Shown here in pieces: positions 59,485 through 64,000 of a DNA stretch of 64,000 bases. Both the position numbers and the translations under genes were made by a program. A model generated the notes under the pieces. It did no database searches and was not told the DNA's origin. It saw only the letters and a program-made list of their open reading frames with translations. This DNA comes from Candidatus Omnitrophota bacterium. GTDB lineage: Bacteria > Omnitrophota > Gorgyraeia > Zapsychrales > JAHFFX01. Every line of letters begins with the position of its first letter. The stretch's first letter is position 1. The stretch covers positions 6,934-70,933 of the forward strand of contig JAHFFY010000007.1 in assembly GCA_023247705.1 (NCBI GenBank). The letters are read 5' to 3'.

Positions 59485-59918
59485 TCAATAACTGTCTTGC
59501 GTAATCTCCACTTTGCCCCTGAAGACCCAATAAATCACAATCGTGTAAGCCAGGACCCCAAGACAGCAATATTAAGCATATAGTTTAAAAATTTTGGAGA
59601 CGAAACGGAATTATAAATCGTGAGACTGTACTGCGGATCAGGATTGGAAGGAACGATGTTCGGAAAAAGACCAATGCCGCACAGAAACAACAGTGCAAGC
59701 ATGGCCACGCACGATGACAATAAGGCCAGCAAATCACGGCCATGATAAATTTCACGCGGAATATTCGCGATCGACAGCATATTAATCAAAGGGATGATGA
59801 ATAAAACCGGATACAGCACAACTAAAAGGATGCCCAGCCCGATGCTTAAGGGAGGATAGATATAATGAAAAGCGATCGTTATGGCAAATTGTATACGGGA
59901 TAAAAACAAAACATCCAT
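59485..59918 (-). pseudogene. cydAB: cydA::cydB chimeric remnant of a cytochrome bd oxidase operon
   Basis: First ~34 aa match the CydA N-terminus ([24 protein letters not shown]); the rest matches the CydB C-terminus (FPNIVPS...SLTIYNS.SS...), continuing after a frameshift as [21 protein letters not shown]. Confidence 0.8.
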
Positions 59919-60022
59919 CAGACGCTCCTGATTTTGTAAAAATCTTTTCTACCAAATAACAATTGAGAAATATATTACTATAAATCGATTCTTTTAAAAT
60001 CAAAAATATTATTTTGGACGGA

Positions 60023-60223
60023 TTACTGTAAACTGTCAATCTGCAAGAAATAATCATAATTGAGTTTATTCAAGATATTCATGATGTTGAGATCAGTGGG
60101 GGCCAAGACAGAAAAATATTTGCTTTGTCCGAGAAAGACCAGTTTCTCCTCCAGAGCCTGACTTAACACGGGAACAATCGCAAGGATCAAAAGCGCAAGA
60201 ATTAGACAAAAATATTTACGCAT
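60023..60223 (-). pseudogene. Truncated secreted hypothetical protein
   Basis: Good signal peptide but the ORF stops after 66 aa; next to the cyd remnant. Confidence 0.4.
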
Positions 60224-60470
60224 TTATATTTTAAAATAATTCATATTGCTCTGACGCTCTTATGAATTAAAAAATAGGTTATTATACTAACAACTGAATT
60301 GAACTCCAATAAAAAGGAAAAAATTTCTGGCAAAAGAAGGAGATTAAAAAAGGATGCAATAGAATTAAATTTTCTGAAGATTTTCTTAAAATCAGGAGAG
60401 GAACGTCAGCATTCTCAGCGGAATAGGAATTTAATGCACACACCTATAACATCTCAAGACAAATTCATTC

Positions 60471-60926
60471 TTAAAGAAATTCAATTTTAATCTGAAGAAC
60501 ACCTTCTCGCGCGTCACTTAGTTGTTCAAAAGCCGCGTGGGTCAGATCAACGATCCTGCCTTCGCGGACATGCCGTTCATGCGGGCCGCGGTCATTTACG
60601 CGCAGAATCACCGACCGGCCGTTTTGTAAATTCGTGACTTTAATCCTGCGATCAAACGCAACCCCCCACATCGCACAGGTCATCGCCCGGTCGTTAAAAA
60701 CCTCGTTATTAGCGGTTCGTCTTTTAATCCCGGGGGATTGTTTCGAATACCAAGAAGCTAAGCCGAACATCGAATACCTTCCGTTGATTTCTCTAATAAG
60801 GGGCGGGTGATAATAGGCGTATAAGTTATTGGCCTCCGCCTGTCTGGTTTTATCTCCGCTGCGTAAAACAATCGCAGCCAGAAGGAGAGCCACCACAATC
60901 ATTTTTGAGCCAAATTGATTTGTCAT
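60471..60926 (-). CDS. rlpA: Septal ring lytic transglycosylase RlpA family (DPBB)
   Basis: GLASWY, TANNEVF, VTNLQNGRSVILRVNDRGP, GRIVDLT..AF. Confidence 0.88.
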   Translation of the reverse strand: MTNQFGSKMIVVALLLAAIVLRSGDKTRQAEANNLYAYYHPPLIREINGRYSMFGLASWYSKQSPGIKRRTANNEVFNDRAMTCAMWGVAFDRRIKVTNLQNGRSVILRVNDRGPHERHVREGRIVDLTHAAFEQLSDAREGVLQIKIEFL

Positions 60927-61091
60927 TGGATTATTTTTTGACTGATCATAGTTTGAAAAAACATCATAGCTTAAAGTTAAGCCATTTGTATTATATGAAA
61001 ATATCCAATTTAGTCAACCTTCTTGGTAGGGCGCTGGGATGGCAAGGCTAAACAGAGATCGGATTGGGGGTGATTTTAAAAAATTTCATGA

Positions 61092-61490
61092 TTACTGCGG
61101 ATTGATTTTACAGATAACTCGGTTGATCGCTTTGAGCAGGTCTTCAGGTTCGAATGGTTTTGCGACCGCGTGGAAATAGGCATTATCGACCTTGACACTT
61201 AAAGTTTCCGAATCGGCTTCCTCTTTCGTCAGAATCGCGGTCAGAAAGAGGACCGGAATATTTTTCATTTTTAGCTCGGATCTAAGAATTTTGATGGCCT
61301 GCGTTCCATCCATGTCGGGCAGGAGGATGTCCATGATAATCAGATCAGGCACGACATGTTTGACTTGGGAAATGGCTTCTTCGCCGTTTTGGGCTTTAAG
61401 AACTTCGTATCCTTCCGATGTCAATTCCATTTCAAGCATCGTAAGAATAGCTTCTTCGTCATCGACTATTAATACCTTTGCCGTTCCCAT
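61092..61490 (-). CDS. Single-domain response regulator (receiver)
   Basis: VLIVDDE, PDLIIMDILLPDMDG, IPVLFLTA, KPF. Confidence 0.9.
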   Translation of the reverse strand: MGTAKVLIVDDEEAILTMLEMELTSEGYEVLKAQNGEEAISQVKHVVPDLIIMDILLPDMDGTQAIKILRSELKMKNIPVLFLTAILTKEEADSETLSVKVDNAYFHAVAKPFEPEDLLKAINRVICKINPQ

Positions 61491-61758
61491 TGTATGCTCG
61501 CTTTCTTATCAAAATACATCTTTGATAACAGCGTAACTGGATTGTTGCTTAGAGTTACAAAATCCAGCCGTGAAAACAAGTATTGCCTGGGATCTCCTAT
61601 TAACGCATTCAGGCTATATCTAATAATACTAAATTAGGCCCGTTCTTTAAACTTACGTTTTACTTTATATTTTAAAGCAAAAGTATCTGGTTCAAGTATA
61701 TACTATTTTCTTAAATTACGGTGGGAATAAATTGACAATTCCGGGAGAAAAAAACAAC

Positions 61759-61855
61759 TTATTGACCTTTTCCTTCCCAATGTTAAATCTCCAACTTTCG
61801 TCAGCGATGGAGGTTGGAGATTTAACATTCTTATTAGTAGAGAGAAGGTCAATAA
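61759..61855 (-). repeat. Dispersed hairpin element, copy 4 (97 bp, inverted)
   Basis: TTATTGACCTT...AAGGTCAATAA (compensatory change), inner AATGTTAAATCTCCAAC/GTTGGAGATTTAACATT. Confidence 0.85.
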
Positions 61856-63135
61856 TCTCTAAGAAAACCAAACGCTCCCAGCCAGCTGGAGGCGATAAAT
61901 AAAATGAGAGATAATCCCGAAGCCGTTTCCAAGAGGGCCGACATTTCTTTTCCGTAAAAAAAGGACTCAGCCCCCCTGATCATTCCAACGCTTAAAATAA
62001 ATATTCCTATGGCACCGTAAACGATACGGCCGGCTTTATGATCATTGGTAAATGTACTCGAGAATGGGATCGTAGCCATGATCAGGGCAATCCCGATCGT
62101 GGTCATCACCAGGGCTTTGAACGCAATGCCGATCAATATAAAACTGATTCCGGCAAAAAATCCTCCGCCCGTGAAGATCCCATCCAGCTTTTCTGTTTTC
62201 TTCAAACTATACCGAGCAAACGGATCGCAGAGGATCAGCAAATTTCCGATCCCCCGGGAAAGCCATGTCCAGAAAAAGAAACCGTATAAAGCGATCAACC
62301 CTAAATACCCGACCACCGCCCAAGGCCCATTTAAAATGGCTAAAAATCCCTTGAGCGCCGAACGATACGCGATGTAAATTCCCATCAAAATCCAAATCCG
62401 TGCGCCTTTGGTCTGACGAGACATGAATAGTCCATACTCCAAATACAACCGATATAACGGTGATTTCGCTTTAAAGACTTCCAGCATCCCCGATCTGGCC
62501 GGCTCGAAATTGGGATCCAAGCGCAACGCTTCTTTAAAATGGATCTGGGCCTTTCGATAATCTCTCCGGTTTAAATAGACCCATCCGGCGTTGGAATGGG
62601 ACAGACTATTTTCGGGATCTTTGGCCAGAAGGTCAGAGGCCAAATGAACACTTTCATCGAGTTTGTTTTGCATCCGCAAAGCGTTGGCCAAAACGTTTCC
62701 GGCAAAGCGATTATCCGCGTCGAAGGAAAGAGCATCCCGCGCGGATTTTTCAGCATCGTTCCATTTTTCCAGCATAGAAAAAATATAGGCCTTGGCCGCG
62801 TGGGCATCGGGATATTGGGGATTAAGCCTCAACGCCTCATCGACCGTATCCAAAGCTAGTTTATGTTTCTTCAAACCGGAAAGGATCAAAGACTTCAATT
62901 GATAATAGGCCGGTTCCTGATTTTCATGTTTGAGAGCTTCATCGATCGTTTGCAAGGATTGTTTGCGTTGGTCGTCCAAATGATATTGCGCGACCGCAAG
63001 GAAATACAATAAATAATCGTTGGTCGGGGCCTGGGATAATTGGTCTTTAAAAGCCTGGACCGCTTCTTTATAACGGCCCTGGTCGATCAGGATCGTCCCT
63101 CTGCGAAAAGCCGTTTCCTGAAATGGTTCACTCAC
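61849..63135 (-). CDS. TPR-repeat protein with C-terminal transmembrane helices
   Basis: About 6 TPR motifs (e.g. FKEALRLDP, ALRLNP) followed by about 6 hydrophobic segments; 4-nt overlap with the AAA gene. Confidence 0.85.
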   Translation of the reverse strand: MSEPFQETAFRRGTILIDQGRYKEAVQAFKDQLSQAPTNDYLLYFLAVAQYHLDDQRKQSLQTIDEALKHENQEPAYYQLKSLILSGLKKHKLALDTVDEALRLNPQYPDAHAAKAYIFSMLEKWNDAEKSARDALSFDADNRFAGNVLANALRMQNKLDESVHLASDLLAKDPENSLSHSNAGWVYLNRRDYRKAQIHFKEALRLDPNFEPARSGMLEVFKAKSPLYRLYLEYGLFMSRQTKGARIWILMGIYIAYRSALKGFLAILNGPWAVVGYLGLIALYGFFFWTWLSRGIGNLLILCDPFARYSLKKTEKLDGIFTGGGFFAGISFILIGIAFKALVMTTIGIALIMATIPFSSTFTNDHKAGRIVYGAIGIFILSVGMIRGAESFFYGKEMSALLETASGLSLILFIASSWLGAFGFLRDY

Positions 63136-64000
63136 TTTTTGATTCCCAGAAAGGATAAGATCGGATCGTATAATCCGCTTTGATTGGAATATAACGCGTA
63201 ATTCTTCGCGCTTTCAAACCACGCCTTGCTTGAAGGGATCAGGCGCTTCGCCTGTTTCAGCAGGTCGTTGGTGGTGATGGGAATGACACGGTTTTCCTGC
63301 ATCGCTTTTTGCAGCGAGGCTTCGGTGGCCAGATCAAATAACGCCTTCAGGTCCGCTCCAGAAAAATCTTTCGTCTTCTTGGCCAATTCTCGGATCTCCA
63401 ACTTCTCGACCGGTTTTCCTTTGGATAAAACCTGAATGATCTGTAATCTCGCCTCTTCATCCGGGGTTGGAACAAAAATAATGCGGTCAAACCGTCCCGG
63501 CCGCCGGAAGGCCGCATCGATATACCACGGCGCGTTGGTCGCCCCTAATATAAGGACGCCTTCATTGCTGGCGATATCCCCGTCCATCTCCGCTAAAAAT
63601 TGATTGATTAATGTCCGAGAGGCGCTATGTCGTAAATCCGTCCGGTTCGCGGCCAGGGCATCGATCTCATCGATAAACAAAACGCTCGGCGCGTTCTTGC
63701 GGGCCAGTTCAAATATTTCGTGGAGATTTTTTTCGCTGTTGCCCACATACATGTCCAGAATCTGGTGCAACCCGATCGAAATAAAACTCGCCTTGATCTC
63801 ACCCGCAGTCGCGCGGCTGACCAACGTTTTTCCGCATCCTGGGGGACCGTAAAGCAAAACCCCGCCGCCGGATTTCTTTCCATAGGCTTTGTAAATATCC
63901 GGACTCTGCAACGGATAAATGATTTTAAGCCGGATCTCCTCTTTGATATTTTCCAGTCCGCCAACGTCGGAAAAATTAATTTTCGGCCGTTCGATATTAT
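63132..64000 (-). CDS. AAA+ ATPase (CDC48/Vps4-like classic clade), 5' end outside the window
   Basis: FSDVGGL upstream of the listed ATG, GPPGCGKT, FIDEID, NQFLAEMDG, ATNAPW..D.AFRRPGRFD, FSGADL. Confidence 0.9.
   Translation of the reverse strand, partial: NIERPKINFSDVGGLENIKEEIRLKIIYPLQSPDIYKAYGKKSGGGVLLYGPPGCGKTLVSRATAGEIKASFISIGLHQILDMYVGNSEKNLHEIFELARKNAPSVLFIDEIDALAANRTDLRHSASRTLINQFLAEMDGDIASNEGVLILGATNAPWYIDAAFRRPGRFDRIIFVPTPDEEARLQIIQVLSKGKPVEKLEIRELAKKTKDFSGADLKALFDLATEASLQKAMQENRVIPITTNDLLKQAKRLIPSSKAWFESAKNYALYSNQSGLYDPILSFLGIKK

Noticed and set aside
24946-61855. Hairpin elements as CRISPR repeats or integron attC sites
   Set aside because: Copies are 8-15 kb apart, about 100 bp long and in both orientations; they lack RYYYAAC...GTTRRRY ends; no cas gene or integrase is present
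1-64000. Genome-wide reassignment of TAG suggested by three in-frame ambers
   Set aside because: TAG terminates several complete genes here (btuB 1168, 25071, 39783, 41479, 45873), and no pyl genes or suppressor tRNA are visible

Overview
Bacterial chromosomal window with most genes on the minus strand. The lineage is probably Ca. Omnitrophota (OP3), inferred from the style of the giant gene and not verified. No rRNA, tRNA, CRISPR array or transposase was seen. Gene content in order: a cobalamin-riboswitch-controlled TonB receptor with a DUF6580/ECF-S-like gene; a 13.7 kb giant gene (4553 aa); a small metal-related operon led by a Cys/His-RPPP ORF; TetR plus an amber-interrupted HtrA/DegP; an MFS transporter; a GT-C-like membrane protein; a MarR-MFP-RND efflux operon whose RND permease is fused in frame to its outer-membrane factor; otsA-otsB-GH15; an OmpR/CusRS-like two-component system; cyclophilin; a PHM-like, CBM11 and six-hairpin glycosidase group; ABC-F (Uup-like); PilV/W/X-like minor pilins; a cydA::cydB deletion remnant; RlpA; and an AAA-ATPase/TPR pair. 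The giant protein carries a signal peptide, an N-terminal domain, a motif-permuted GHKL ATPase, four ~500-aa beta-rich repeats, a second GHKL ATPase, an HExxH motif and a C-terminal GGIDLN motif. The most notable unannotated signals are (i) the giant protein architecture, (ii) four dispersed 97-102 bp hairpin elements with compensatory base changes, two of which supply stop codons to genes, (iii) four promoters sharing a (TTAAT-N6)x3 / 11 bp / -10 architecture, and (iv) the RND-OMF polyprotein with an internal lipobox. All calls come from reading motifs by eye; no database searches were run.
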